Below the pieces are notes generated by a model. That model saw only the letters and a list, made by a program, of their open reading frames with translations. It was not told where the DNA came from and did no database searches. Source: a virus. Taken from it: a stretch of DNA of 64,000 nt. Shown here piece after piece: positions 40,745 through 54,203 of this stretch; position 1 is the stretch's first letter; every line of letters starts with the position of its first letter. The DNA is taken from IMG/VR virus record IMGVR_UViG_3300032163_000004, positions 1-64,000 of that record; one strand, written 5' to 3'. The translations under genes were made by a program, and so were the position numbers.

Positions 40745-41023
40745 TCAATTTCTATGATTTTTAGCCCATTCTTTAACTTTCCTAGATGCTCTATATGTAT
40801 GCTTTCCTGGGTGTTTCTTTTTCCATTCAATATAAATTTTCATTTTATCAGAATTCATTAACCGTATAAAAGACATCTTAGCAAGTTCTTTATTAGTGAA
40901 TAACATATGAACTTGGTTTCCACAATCTGTACAACAATCGATTATCTCAACACCACCAAGACTTCTTGGAATTTTATGGTGTTTCATAGTTGCTTTATCA
41001 GTTAGACAAAATCTACATTTCAT
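40745..41023 (-). CDS. Small HNH endonuclease
   Basis: CRFC...HHKIPRSLGG...CTDCGNQVH...TNKELA. Confidence 0.75.
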   Translation of the reverse strand: MKCRFCLTDKATMKHHKIPRSLGGVEIIDCCTDCGNQVHMLFTNKELAKMSFIRLMNSDKMKIYIEWKKKHPGKHTYRASRKVKEWAKNHRN

Positions 41024-42219
41024 TTTTTTTGTCTCAACATCTATAAATTTATCATCACTCCAGAATCTTCTTTAGAAATATCAAGAAGAAAATTACAAAG
41101 TTCATTTGTATATAGAAATACTTTACAAGAAGATTCATTTTCCACACCTAAATGAACACATCCATTTCTACAATGGTCCGTTGGCTTATGAAGGAGTATA
41201 TGACCACACCCTTTCATTTCACATTTATCATATCTTTCACATATTACCGTCATTCGCTTTTATCCTCTTTAAATTCTTTTACTTCCACTGTTACTATAAA
41301 CGCAGGTTTAAAATCGATCATTGTAAGATTTATTGTCAACTCAGGCATTGAATCTTCTGGTCTATTCTTAAGTTTTGCTAAATCTTCCTCTTTAATTAAA
41401 GTTTGATTAATAGGTCCTTGTTCTCTACATCTCCAACAATAATAGTATTTAAAACCTTTATCAAAAGGAACACCTTTCGAATCTATAATTAGTTTTGAAA
41501 GGTCAGCTGGAAATATTGGTTTATAACACATTGGACATAAATAATCAACTTCTCCAAAACAAGATAGACATATAGTCACTGCAGTATCCTCCTCTTTTCT
41601 CTATTTGAACTACCTAAATCAAACTCAAAGCGAAATATTTTTCCTTTGGTTTCTGTTTTCTTTTTCCTGCGTTCATCTAATTTATCTTCTATAAGACATA
41701 TTAAAATAGATAATATAATAGGTGCTAGAACTATTGCACAAACAATTTCCCACTTTATTATCATCATTGATATTCTCCTATTTTATTCTATGATAAAAAT
41801 CCTTTGACTTCGCTTCCTTTAATAGTTCTCTTTCCTTTGGATTTAAAAAACGTTCAATAATCTCTCCTGGTTTTGTCCTCTGTCTATAGTTCAATATTGT
41901 TATCCACAAAAGTTTATCAATAACGTCTGAGATTCTCATATATTACTTCCTTATTTTACCACTCACTCCAAAAGTAACACATCCAAAAAACAAAGAGTAT
42001 AAAAAGGATAATTTGAGTTCCTCCTAAAAACCAAAAACCCAATCCATAAATAGCAAACTTTTGCCAGAAACCTTCTGGATTCACAAGATACTTAAACAAG
42101 AAAAATATCAAACTGGGAATAATCATAATAACAAAAGATGTCAAACTAACTAAAATCCACATTATCAAATCTTTAAAAATTCTAGGTTGTATTTCCTTCG
42201 TAGTTAATTTCATATTCTT

Positions 42220-43203
42220 CTATTCTCCATTAGCATCAAATCCTATTTTATTACTATCGTACTCTACACTAGATCTCTTTATAGTTGTTATTTCTTTTAA
42301 TCTAATTATTGATTCTTCAAAATTATTACCCAAACATTTAACTGATATAACTAGTTCACATAAAGAAGCAAAAGAGAATCCTTTTGTACGTTCCACCCAC
42401 TTATCTAAATCTTCTCCGTTCACTCCTAATTTATTCTTAAAATATACCATTCTTATCTTTTCATTAGGCATATCAATTTTTATCACTCTATCAAATCTTC
42501 TTGGTCTAGCTACAATCCTTTTATCTAGTCTCTCAGGATAATTAGTCGTAGCTATATTAATAACTTTGTCAACTTGGTTCTCTCCATCTAAAAGCATAAG
42601 AACATCAGACTCACCCCAATTAGAAACGATAGCATCTATATCTTCAAAAACACAAACAATTCCTCTATCTGGTTCTACTTCTCTAAATATCTTTAAACCA
42701 TCAGAAGCAATTCTTGGACTACCTGAGCAAATAAAAACAATACCCTTTCTATTAATAACATTCTTTATAATTCGTTGAACTAAACAACTCTTTCCAGAAC
42801 CTGCTGGACCATAAAGAAGATATCCTCTTCTATGAAGAAATCCATATTTTTTAAATGGTTCTCCCATATTCCAAAATATGTCTACTTCTTTTTCTATATT
42901 GTCAGAAACACTATCTGGAAAACTTATCAATTCATCAGTGTTTAGTGGATTTTCACAAATTAAAATCCCTATTGAACTATCTCTAAAAGTATAAACTCCA
43001 GACCTTAAAGTCTTAATTGTAAGAGAACTAGCTAAATATTTTCCAGAACTAACTATTGACCATTGATTTCTCTTTAGTTTATTCTCTTCTCTATATTCCT
43101 CTTTTGGTTGACATTCTTCAATTCTTTCTTCACGCCCAGCTTTTCCTGTAACGGGTTTACCTTCACCACCTACACAAGTTCCAAATTCTTCTAACGCGTT
43201 CAT
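42220..43203 (-). CDS. AAA+ ATPase
   Basis: GYLLYGPAGSGKS (Walker A), VFEDID (Walker B), TTNYPERLD, RPRRFDR. Confidence 0.9.
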   Translation of the reverse strand: MNALEEFGTCVGGEGKPVTGKAGREERIEECQPKEEYREENKLKRNQWSIVSSGKYLASSLTIKTLRSGVYTFRDSSIGILICENPLNTDELISFPDSVSDNIEKEVDIFWNMGEPFKKYGFLHRRGYLLYGPAGSGKSCLVQRIIKNVINRKGIVFICSGSPRIASDGLKIFREVEPDRGIVCVFEDIDAIVSNWGESDVLMLLDGENQVDKVINIATTNYPERLDKRIVARPRRFDRVIKIDMPNEKIRMVYFKNKLGVNGEDLDKWVERTKGFSFASLCELVISVKCLGNNFEESIIRLKEITTIKRSSVEYDSNKIGFDANGE

Positions 43204-45246
43204 ATTCCTCTCTCCTTTAAATTTATTCTTTATAGTGAGGATTCGGTTCTCCACACCTTGGACAAAACTTATGAGGTCTCCATACATAATAATCCCCTTT
43301 TATAGGAATCATAGGATAAAGTCGATGATGCGTATCAAACTGCTCACCCGTAGAGAATTTTCCCATAAACTTATGTCCCCATACAAAACAGATAAACCAC
43401 TTAATCATTTCTCACTTCTCCTTTCTTTCTCTCCGGAACCACTTCAATATCTTCTCAATAAAATTCATAAGACTCATAAGACCACCTATTCCTGAACCAA
43501 CTTTTAATCCTATACCAGCATAGTCAGGTTTAGATGAAACTTGAACTGCAGGAGGTTGTGTAGGTCGAATATCAGAAGGCTTTTTAGATTCTTCTTTCTT
43601 TTCTTTAAACGATTTGGGTTGTTTATCTAAATATTCATATAGATGAGGTGATATCAATGTTGGTTGTTTTACCGCTTGTTTTACAGCTACATGTTCCACT
43701 TGGTATTTTACAATCAAACCAAATAAACATAGTATAAAAACAGGTAACCAAAATTTAGTAGTTCTCCATTTCTTCATATCTTCTCCCATTCTTTACTTAA
43801 AATTTCTGCAAGATCTGGCAAGTTCCAATGGTGACAAACAATATCATCAACTCCACATCCAAATGGATTATCATCAATAATTTGCCAACTATCTATTATA
43901 TTATCTCTCTCACCAAGCCATCCTATAAGACCTCCCTTTTCTTTAGGACTTACAGAATGAATAGATGTAAAACGTTTTTGACAAGCTTCAGCATGAGACT
44001 CAAAATAAGGTATCAAATGAACTTTATATACATTAGATTTTTCATCTGCACTTACTCTTAAAATAAGAGTTTTAATATACTTACCCTTCGTGAATGTAAT
44101 TTTAGCATAAGGTTTAAACTTCTTTATTATGCTTGGAATAAGTACTTGATTAAACACTACTATTGCTCTTTCAATCAGGCAAGCAGCATAATGAAATCGA
44201 TCTGATTCTCTATGACAATTACGAGACCGAAATTTTATAACAAGTTCCGAATGTCCAAAAGTGAAAGGAACACGAAACAAAAAAAGTCGAACATCTATTC
44301 CGATAAGATTTTTCAACCTAAACCAAGTTCTAGCTTCTAAACTATCAAACATTTTAGAATTCTCCATTCTTACTTACCAATCAGGGTCAACTTCATTTCC
44401 CCAAACTATATAGTCTCCTTCTTTTCTATACCTATAAGGTATATTTAGTAACTTACAAATACTTTCAGTACTCTTTATATAATCAGGATCTTGACCTGTC
44501 ATAACCCAAATCATACCTCTTATCTGGTTCCCAATAGCTTCAATACGAAAAGAGTTAGTAGACTGACTCATTGCTTTAATTCTTTCCATTACAATAATAC
44601 ACTGTTCCCTATTCCACTTGTCCATATGATAACCTCTTCTTTTCAGCAATGATAGTTCTTCTAGTTAAATTTTTTTTGTATCATTCAACTCCTTAATTAC
44701 TTAACTATAATATGAAGTGGATTCTTACAATTAGCCTTATGAACTATAGCTTTTCCCGCCCCAGTTACTATATACTCACAATCATCAATAACTATAACAT
44801 GAGTAGAATAACAAGTCCGAGGAGTCATATCCTTTGGTCTATAGTCCATTGACTTATATCCTTCAATATCTCCTTTCGTTTCAGACTCTTTGCATCCTCC
44901 TAAACATAAAAGTAACAGTACTAAAAACAACACTACGATTAAAACTTTCGCTTTCATAAAAGTCTCCTTTCAGAATTCAAATGGAGGGGGCTGGGTTCTT
45001 CATCCCCTTAAGGCACGCCCCCAATGCCATTTATTATGACAACGCAACTGCTTTTCTTCCACATTTTCTTGTACCAGCCTTATCCAATCATTTATAAGAT
45101 GAACAGTTCGTTAACAAGTTATCTCATTCATCATCTTTAGATTTACCTTTATAGTTTATTCTATTTGACAGTGATTACTTCTAGGAAAAGATAACGGTGG
45201 GAGAAACCCCATACCAACATCTTACGATATCAGTATGGAGTCTTCC

Positions 45247-45645
45247 TTAAATTTTCTTAATTAGCTTCTCTATCTCAATTAGTCTATTAACCCATATAGC
45301 TATTTCTTGATTTATTTTCTTCTTACATTTATCATCTTTACATTTAGTTCTAGCACTTCCTAGTCTTCTCATGCACTGTTTAATACCATCTTTTTTACAG
45401 TTATAATAACAAAGATTATATTGCTTTTCTCCTCTCAATGATTCACATCGTCTCTTGCACTTTTCTCTAAACAAATTAAACAAAGAACGAACCCCTGCAA
45501 TAAGTGCAGGAATACCAGCGCCAATACCAGCAACAACGCCTCCAACCATAATTCCAGTTTTTGCTTCTGGTGGTAAACTAGACCATAAATCCCCAATTTT
45601 TGATTCTATAATCATATCAAGTTGCTTACTTAATTTATCATCCAC
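45247..45645 (-). CDS. Cys-rich basic protein with one hydrophobic segment, possibly a virion protein
   Basis: GIMVGGVVAGIGAGIP segment, 7 Cys; GAACAAA motif upstream; long hairpin downstream. Confidence 0.45.
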   Translation of the reverse strand: MDDKLSKQLDMIIESKIGDLWSSLPPEAKTGIMVGGVVAGIGAGIPALIAGVRSLFNLFREKCKRRCESLRGEKQYNLCYYNCKKDGIKQCMRRLGSARTKCKDDKCKKKINQEIAIWVNRLIEIEKLIKKI

Positions 45646-48600
45646 TTCAGCCTCCCTTAATATTTAACATACTAATCTTTTAATCTATTTTAAATTTGTT
45701 CTCTTTCAACTAAATTTTTATTATTTATCCTCCATAACCGAGAATAGCTTCCTCTTCACTAACTTCACCCCTTGCTAATTTAATAAATCCCTCTTCTGCC
45801 CATCTATAAGCCTTCCGAGCTTCTTCAGATAATTCAGGATTATCCCCAAACATTCTAGCACTAAAAGCCAAACCATAAGCTTCTCCTTTAATCATCCATA
45901 CCTTTAAAACTCTCATTTACCTTCCCTTTCAATCTAATATTAATTTCTCCATAATACCCAGACTCTTCCGAGTAACACCAATTTCCTAATTCAATAACAA
46001 CAACTTTCCTACCTAAACCTTTTAACTTAAGGAACTTCTTCTCACACACATCATAAAACTTAATCTTCATTTCCGTTACCTCCTTTCCTTCACAATAAAC
46101 ACTCATTATAAGCACTTATTACTTCATTAACTTCACAGTCACTCATCCCTATATAGTCACAAATAGATTCAATATCTATTCCAACAGAGTACATAAACAT
46201 GATAGCATTAATATATTCTGGGTCTAAACAAGTAGTTGCATTCATATTACTTTCCACAACAAAACAAATGTAACACTTTATCATAAATTCTCACAGCTCG
46301 TTCACGTACAGATTTATCCTTACTCTTCATTGCTTTCACCTTCATTGTTTTTATTGCATCAAACATTTGTAGTTTTGTCATTGGCCTTCTCCCTTCTGTA
46401 TAATAATAGTTGTTAATATCTTTAATAGTATCTTCCACCCGATGTACACATCCAGTTTCATAACCCATTGATTCACCTTTTATTCCTTTCCGACTTCTCA
46501 ATAATTAAAACTCTTTGTCAATTTGAAATTTTATTATATATTCATGGACGAATTAAAGAGGTCTATTATCTTCGAATTTTGGATACAAATTAAGATTCGG
46601 GGTAGGTTGAATATTATAACTCAACATGTTACCACCATTGACCTATTCCTATGGATATAGGTTCAGCTTCAATAATAATCCTTATTGCTTCTATGAACTC
46701 TGGAGGAGTTACTTTCTCCCACCATGTTGGTCCATCTTCATTAAATTCAAGTTTTTCTGTATATCCACAATATTTACAGAATCTTTCATTCCGTCCAACA
46801 TTTACATCATATGTATATAGAAAGCTTCCATTTTTGTCTATATGATTGCAATTAGGATTCATTATTTATACCTTTCTAGGTATTAGGTACTCCACCCACA
46901 ATTTCTACATCTGTAACATCCGAGTCTTTCATCCCAATATAGATACTTATCATCACACTCACATTTTTGCATTTCAAACTCCTTGTTCTATTGGTTCGGG
47001 TATGACTAGTAGAAATATACTCTCAACTATACTCTCAACTTGTTTTAGCTGTGCCTCGGTTATATACTCCATATCCCACTTATCTCGAAATTTCATAAAC
47101 TTCTTTCTCTTATCAGTAAAGAAACGTATTTCCTTAATAGTATATGGATAAGTTCCATTGTACACTTCTATCCTTCCTCCCACATACTTCTGGTATTGAG
47201 GATTCATTATACATTCTTCTATAAAGGAAATATAAACTTTTTTCATGCTGCCTTCCAAACCTTCGACTAGTAGAAATATAAAAAACTTTGTCAAATTACA
47301 AAAAATTATTTATGTGTGTTCCGAGGTTAGTCCAAAAACAGATCACGGTGCTAAGATGTAATATTCGTTCTGGCGGTGTAAACCAGTAAGTAAAGGTTAG
47401 AGTGAACGCCTAACAGTCAGAGAGACTATCCTCTATACAAGGTATATAGATATACGCTCCAAGCAACCGCGAAGACTGCACACAAGTAGCCCAACCAGAT
47501 AATCTTCCACTTAAGAAAGGAGAATAGCGACAATACGATGAATCCTACATCTATCAAACAGAAGACAATAACAATAATAAGAAGCAAGAGTGCTAAACCA
47601 CTCCAGTCAGAATGTCCTCTTTGGTTATTTAGAATATTCATAAGTCCTGCTTCATAACATGGATTCAACTCTCTTGTAGATTGACTTAACCCTGGAACAA
47701 CCATGTCTATTACCGTTTCATATTTAGGAATACGATGCATTTTTAAAACTTCTTCTTTAGTTTGGCCTTCTCTACGTAAAATTAGGCAACCACACTTAGG
47801 GCATAGAACTCTTTCAACAACTTTACTCAATTGATCCATGTCACTCTATCCTTCCAAACCTCTAGTAGGCAAGAATCCATGCCTTAGGCCACATCCAACA
47901 CACAGAGTCTTAAGCTGTCCATCTTTGTGAAATAACTCACCATTACCACCACATACCTCACATACATTCCTCGACTCTAACTGTGCTTCTTCTATTGCTT
48001 GTTTTATATTACCAGTCATAATATTGGCATTGAAGGAAAGTGCTCCAAACCTCTCTCTAACTTGGATTGCTCTGAGCTCAGGTTCTTTTTCACTTCTTAT
48101 TAATGCAGTGAGCTTTACCGACATCTTCCTAATGATTTCAAACCACCCGTCACCGCATGCAAACCCAAACATCGTAAGACTTTGATCTGTCATAGAATCT
48201 CTATCTAAATATAACTGAGGATTCTCTTCTAATAGAACGATTGTGTGTTCTTTATTCACTTTTGACTCCTAACTAGTTATTTTATAAAAGCTGGAACCAT
48301 ATACTTGAACCCGACTCACACAGGCATATCTGCAGATAAGGTGAAAGTTCCAGCTTTCAATGAAACCAAGGCGGAAATGGAATAGAAATTGCTCGAATTA
48401 TAAAAATGGTAACACGAAATCATTGAGGAAAAGAGGTTTCGAACAGTTCTATACATAAACTGCCTTATCTGGAATGAATTTATTTATGGTTTGTTCATCT
48501 CTATTGATTTAACATCAGAATAATCAAAATGCTTTACTAATGTCTTTAAAATCTCTTCATCAATCTCTTTTCTTATCTGTTCAGCAATTGAAGATGTTAC

Positions 48601-49540
48601 CTGATTCATAAATGATCCTGCTCGCAGCAGTGGCATAGGTATGCTAACCCAATCTTTTCCGTCCCACTCCTTATCATAGAATAGATACATTAAAACAAGC
48701 AATATGAGGATATCTTTACTAAGACCGTCCTGAGTATAATTAAGCGCAAATTCAATTTGTGCTCTACTAAACAAATTATCCTTCAAACTAAGCAAACTAT
48801 CTGCTAAAGGACCACCAAGGCAATAGAAACTCACTGGATTTTTTAATTTGGCAAACAATGGAGCGTTAAAATCAATCCTTTGGTATGCGAATGATGTACT
48901 AGCAAGATCTACTTTATCTGGGAATCCAAGCAGCTTCGACTTGTAATACATTTGAAAACATTCATGATTTCTTTTTTCTTCATTATTCATTTTAACCTAA
49001 CTTTGAGCTGGAGATTATTGACAAAGTCTGTGAACGCTTCCGAATTACACTTGCTATCGTTTCCGCTGATATTTCCAACTACAGAAGCTATTTCTATCCA
49101 CTCACATGATATCTTAGGAACGAATGAAACAACTCTCCACACTTCCACTTCAATTTCAAGCATTTAGAAACCTCTCCGAACCCGTAAAAGCTATCACTCC
49201 CACCATGAATCCTACAATCATTTCATACAACTATTCTAATTTGAAAAGTCCCAGAAAATACTGTCCATTAGTTTTTCTTATACTTACTATATATCTTTAA
49301 TACTGTCTAGTCTTTCTTCTTCCCATTCATCATACCACCTAACAAACAATACACCAAATCCAAAGAATCCTCCAAGAAATAAAACAATTCCTAATACACT
49401 TAAAAATATATCCATTACCTTTTATATCCTCCTTTTGAATGCTCTTACTTTACTATCTCATATTAATCTATTCTTCTTTCTCTTTTCTTTGGACTCAACT
49501 TTCTTTTGAATATGTTCATACTAGTATAAGACTCATCTAA

Positions 49541-49561
49541 CTACATATATTAATTCTTGAT
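49541..49561 (+). promoter_or_regulatory. Island promoter motif
   Basis: ctacatatattaattcttga. Confidence 0.7.
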
Positions 49562-50910
49562 AGGAATAAAATTCTAGTTGAAAGGAGATAATCATGAGTT
49601 GGACAACTGTTATTCTAGGCACAGTATTTGGTATCGTTTTATCTTGTCTTATACTTATGCCTATCAGAATTAATCGAGTTCATGAACATCATATACAACT
49701 TATCAATATTATATCCGAAATGAATATGGAAGAAATTAGACGAGGTGCTCCTTATAATGGGTGGAGATACAATGAATTTAAAACAGTACCATACTATAAG
49801 CAATTACTAATGTTTTGGAAATCATATGATTCTTTTTATACAGACAAAAGATTTTTTGAAGAAATACAACTAAGATTCATTGCCAAGTCAGAACCTGATA
49901 CGAAATGGGTGAGTTAAGGAGGAGAAACTATTTATGAGAGTCATTCGTAAACATTGGTATGTCTTTCATTTATGTACTTTTTGTGGACGAATAATTTGGG
50001 GTAATGGATTTTATCGGCATATTAAAGCACACGAAGATAGAAATCCTTTAATTAAGAAAAGGAGGTAACGATATGAAATTTAAACCAGGAGATAAAGTAA
50101 TTTGTGTAAAACCTACTAAAAGTGATACTAAAAGGTTTTGCTTAGAACGCGGAGAAATTTATACAGTTTCAGAATTCGAAGAGCTTCCTAATGGAAACAA
50201 TATGGTCATGCTTCTTGAGAAAGGAGCGGATTATGGTAATTCATTCTTTGCTTCAAGGTTTAAACTTTTTAAGGAGGTGAACTCAAATGAAAGTTAACAA
50301 AACAATGAAGAAGCGTAAATGGATATATGTCATGAAACCATCAAGCTATGAAATATCTTGTGATAAGTGTGGTGGTAATAATATAACATGGAGTGAATTT
50401 GAGGGGCTTATTTGGTGCCACGATTGTGAAATTGACACTAAAGGAACAGAAGGAATATTTGGAGGACCTATACCACTTGGAGTATCGAAGATATTAGGTA
50501 TTAGCTTTGATCGATTTTACTTAAAAGACTATAGCATAAGAAGAATGAATCTAGTTGGAAACAAAATGATTTGGAAGGAGGTGAAATCAAATGAACAGAG
50601 TACAAACAAATACACCAAGAAATAAGAAAGGTAAATCTCATTACTTATATACTATCAGTGATAAGGACATTGCAAAAACAGCTGGGGTTAGTGTAGGAGC
50701 AGTTGTAGCAGCGAGGTTTAGGAAACAACTTACTGACCTTCGATCTATTATCTTATGGGTCAATTTACATAAACTGGTAAGAGAAATGAAAGAGAGAGAT
50801 ATAACGTGTTTAAAATGGTAAGAATAACTAAAGAATTACTTACTCCTTAAATTGGGAACTGACTTAACTACTACGTCTCTTCCCAATTTTTTTGTATCTT
50901 TAAGATACTG

Positions 50911-51507
50911 TCAAAAACACAAAAGCCCATTTAAAACTATTCTTCTTTCTTGTTTTTCATGTTTATTAAACCCTTCTTTTTTCCATTCCCAAACTGCTCT
51001 TAAATTTTCAATAGCAATAGCATTAATTTCACACTTTGGAACTACCATATAAGCATTATCTGACTTCCTCCATTTAAGCTTATTTCTTTCTTCTAACATA
51101 ACTGCAGCTCCAAAAACATCTTGCATATTCCATATCTGAATCATTTTACATATAGGATATAAAGGATCAGGATCTCCAACAAAATAAACTAGATACTCAG
51201 GAAAAACATTCTTCTTTCCCTTAAGTTTTTCTTGTATATTCACTTTCATTTTCCAGAATTCAAGTTGTCTAATTGATACATCATCGTAATGAAATTCTCT
51301 ACCTCTAACAGCTACTGTAACAATATCTCCATCTCTTTTAATAAGATAGTCAATATCATATTTTCTATCTAACTCTGTTTCTTCTACACATCTAAATGAT
51401 TCAACTCTCCATTCATTATTTAAGATAGGAAAAACTGCTTTTTGAAATACTAATCTCCATTTCCTCATGTTTTCTTTAGCATCAACAATTATATCTTTCT
51501 CATTCAC
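50911..51507 (-). CDS. Putative PD-(D/E)XK-fold protein
   Basis: LDRKYDIDYLI...VAVRGR...DDVSIR. Confidence 0.45.
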   Translation of the reverse strand: MNEKDIIVDAKENMRKWRLVFQKAVFPILNNEWRVESFRCVEETELDRKYDIDYLIKRDGDIVTVAVRGREFHYDDVSIRQLEFWKMKVNIQEKLKGKKNVFPEYLVYFVGDPDPLYPICKMIQIWNMQDVFGAAVMLEERNKLKWRKSDNAYMVVPKCEINAIAIENLRAVWEWKKEGFNKHEKQERRIVLNGLLCF

Positions 51508-51511
51508 TACA

Positions 51512-51979
51512 TTAATCTCCTTTCGCTTTTCTTTGATTTGTTCTACTAATAATCGATACTGCTCTTTCTATATCATCCTTAGTTAAACCATTATCATAGT
51601 TGGTTTGGACAAGACGATCCATAAATGGTTTCATATCATCTTCATCATCAATGATAACAAAAGAATCAATATCCTTCTCAGTTTTCTTTAACCATTTATC
51701 AATCTCTTCTCCACGAGAGGTTACTCGAGGTTCACCTAAAAGGTCTGGAGTTGCTCCAATAATACATCTTGGATACTTTAATCCTGCATTAATAAGTATT
51801 TGTCTCAAGTCTACCATTGGATAAAGAGTTCTCCACTGACTAGTAATCACAATCTTAGATCCTGAACGTTCTACTAATGAATTCAAATTCTCTACACATT
51901 CTTTTGAAAGATATAAGAGTGATTCAGGATCAGTAAACTTGTTTAATACTCCATCGAAGTCAAGAAAAATTACCTTCAT
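51512..51979 (-). CDS. HAD phosphatase of the Swiss-Army-Knife RNA-repair type
   Basis: KVIFLDFDGVLN, IVITSQWR, RGEEIDKWL, FVIIDD. Confidence 0.85.
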   Translation of the reverse strand: MKVIFLDFDGVLNKFTDPESLLYLSKECVENLNSLVERSGSKIVITSQWRTLYPMVDLRQILINAGLKYPRCIIGATPDLLGEPRVTSRGEEIDKWLKKTEKDIDSFVIIDDEDDMKPFMDRLVQTNYDNGLTKDDIERAVSIISRTNQRKAKGD

Positions 51980-52244
51980 TTGGTTTCTCTTCTCCCTCTT
52001 TTCTTTGGTTCCTTTCTAACTACAGGTTCAGAAACCTCTTCTGTTTCCTTACTATATTTTTTTTCAATAACTTCAATTAAAACTAGTGTGGTCTTTCTAA
52101 TACGACCTAGATTATAATCTTCTTGTAATTGACTTTTTAATTCCTCCCACATTTTTTTATACTGTATCATTTTTTATTCTCCTTTTCTTTGGTTTAAACT
52201 TTGCTTTACTAGTATTTTGTTCACAACTAATATAAGACTATCTA

Positions 52245-52265
52245 CTACATATATTAATACTTGAT
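52245..52265 (+). promoter_or_regulatory. Island promoter motif upstream of the DNA ligase
   Basis: ctacatatattaatacttga. Confidence 0.7.
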
Positions 52266-52295
52266 AGGAAAGATCAATTACTTTTTTAAAGGGAG

Positions 52296-54203
52296 GTGAA
52301 TAAAGTGAAAAAGAAAATCGCTGAAATAGTAGAATTGTTGATGAAGGCTAAGGAAGCCTATTACAATGATGTACCAATTATGTCTGATGAAGAGTTTGAT
52401 AGAATGGAAGATGAGTTACGAGATCTTGATCCGGAAAATTCTTACTTCTCCATTGTTGGAACTCAAGTTACTAGTAGAGTAAAAGTTCGCCATGAAATTC
52501 CTATGTTATCTTGTGACAAAGCCAAAAATATTGAGGGCGCTTTGCAATGGCTCCAGAAGCTAGGTTTGGAAGACGAATCTATAGTAATAGAACCAAAGAT
52601 AGATGGTCTATCCTGTTCTCTCCTTTATGAGAAGGGGAAGTTAGTTAGGATAGCCACAAGGGGAGATGGATACATAGGTCAGAACATTACTCACATAGTC
52701 AATTTTGTTAAAAGTATTCCCAAAAAAATAACCTATCAGGAACTTGGCACTAAGGAAGTTCGTGGAGAACTTTATCTTCCAAAGAAAACTAATCTATCGA
52801 ATCCTGATGAAAAACCTTTGAGGAGTTTGGCTGTCGGTCTTATTAATCGAAAAGACTCTAACTTAGAAGATTTAGGATTTCTTCATTTTGTAAGCTATCA
52901 GCTTTTGGGGACCGATTTCCAATATGAAGATGAAAAGCTGGATGTTCTTTATTCTAACAAATTTGAAGTTATTGATTTTGTAGTTATACCTACTAAAAAT
53001 ACTTTGGAAGAATATTATAATAAGTATCTTAATGAACTTCGGGAAAAATGGAGTTATGAAACTGATGGGTTAGTCCTTGTTGTTAGAGATACCAAAAAGT
53101 GGAGTGATCTTGATTCAAAGTATGTAGTTCGTCATCATCATTTCTATAATATAGCTTTTAAAGCTCCTTCTCTAAGTAAAGAAACCATTCTTGAAAATAT
53201 AGAATGGAATGTAAGTAGATTTGGAAATGTCATCCCGGTTGCTATTGTGAAAGCCGTTATTATTGGAGGAACTTCTATCACCAGAAGCTCTTTAAATAAT
53301 GTGGAATATGTAGAAGAATTAGGTTTGAGGGTTGGGGACAGAGTAGTAATTGAAAGAGCTAATGATGTGATTCCATATTTTAAAGAGAATCTAAGTAAGA
53401 CTGAAAGAAGTAGAAGTAAAGGTTCTTTAAAATGGGAAAATGAAGAAGAGCTGTTGTCTTTCTTAGGTCCAGATAATTTTTTAATTCCGGAAAAATGTCC
53501 TTCATGTAAGGGGGTTTTAGAAAAAGTAGGTGTTCATTTAGTTTGCCTATCTAAAGAATGTCCGGAGAAGTTGATAAGACAAATTCTTCATTGGGTTCAA
53601 AAGTGTGAGATGGATGGATTATCAGAATCCTTTGTAAGAAAGCTGGTTGAATCAAAAAGGATTTCTTCTATCAAAGACCTCTATCTATTGAGAGAAAAGG
53701 ATTTTGAAGGGATAGATGGGTTTGGCCTAAAGAAGACAAAGAATGCCCTTGAGCAGATAGAGACATCTACTAAAATGTCTTTACGTCAGTTTGTTGTTAG
53801 ACTTGGCATTCCAATGGTAGGTGAGAGGGCAATGGAGAAATTGGGCATAAATAACATCTATGAACTTTTCTCCTATAAGAGTAATGACTATGTAATAAGT
53901 CATGCCTTGGAAGACTTTATAAGATGTAATAAAGTCATGATCGAAGACCTTTTGGAGGTAATTGACGTATCGCCTGAAACTCCTAAGAAGCAAGGGGTGT
54001 TAAGAATTTGTATGACCGGTACGGGACCTAAGTCAAGGAAAGAACTGATAGCTAAAATTGAAAGGGCGGGTAATACTTTCGTAGATCATGTCAGTAAAGA
54101 AACAGACATCTTGGTGTGTGAAGATGTAAACGGATCTTCAAGCAAGTTATCAAAGGCTGCGAAACTCGGTGTGAAACTTGTAAACTATCAAGACTTCTTT
54201 TAG
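52296..54203 (+). CDS. ligA: NAD-dependent DNA ligase
   Basis: YYN..PIMSDEEFD, H..PMLS, EPKIDG, TRGDG..G, EVRGE, DGLV, Zn finger CPSC, HhH, C-terminal BRCT. Confidence 0.95.
   Translation: MNKVKKKIAEIVELLMKAKEAYYNDVPIMSDEEFDRMEDELRDLDPENSYFSIVGTQVTSRVKVRHEIPMLSCDKAKNIEGALQWLQKLGLEDESIVIEPKIDGLSCSLLYEKGKLVRIATRGDGYIGQNITHIVNFVKSIPKKITYQELGTKEVRGELYLPKKTNLSNPDEKPLRSLAVGLINRKDSNLEDLGFLHFVSYQLLGTDFQYEDEKLDVLYSNKFEVIDFVVIPTKNTLEEYYNKYLNELREKWSYETDGLVLVVRDTKKWSDLDSKYVVRHHHFYNIAFKAPSLSKETILENIEWNVSRFGNVIPVAIVKAVIIGGTSITRSSLNNVEYVEELGLRVGDRVVIERANDVIPYFKENLSKTERSRSKGSLKWENEEELLSFLGPDNFLIPEKCPSCKGVLEKVGVHLVCLSKECPEKLIRQILHWVQKCEMDGLSESFVRKLVESKRISSIKDLYLLREKDFEGIDGFGLKKTKNALEQIETSTKMSLRQFVVRLGIPMVGERAMEKLGINNIYELFSYKSNDYVISHALEDFIRCNKVMIEDLLEVIDVSPETPKKQGVLRICMTGTGPKSRKELIAKIERAGNTFVDHVSKETDILVCEDVNGSSSKLSKAAKLGVKLVNYQDFF

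Noticed and set aside
44982-45080. tmRNA (CCA end plus an AVALS** tag-like frame)
   Set aside because: No T-arm, no Ala-type acceptor with A discriminator, and the wrong size and arrangement.
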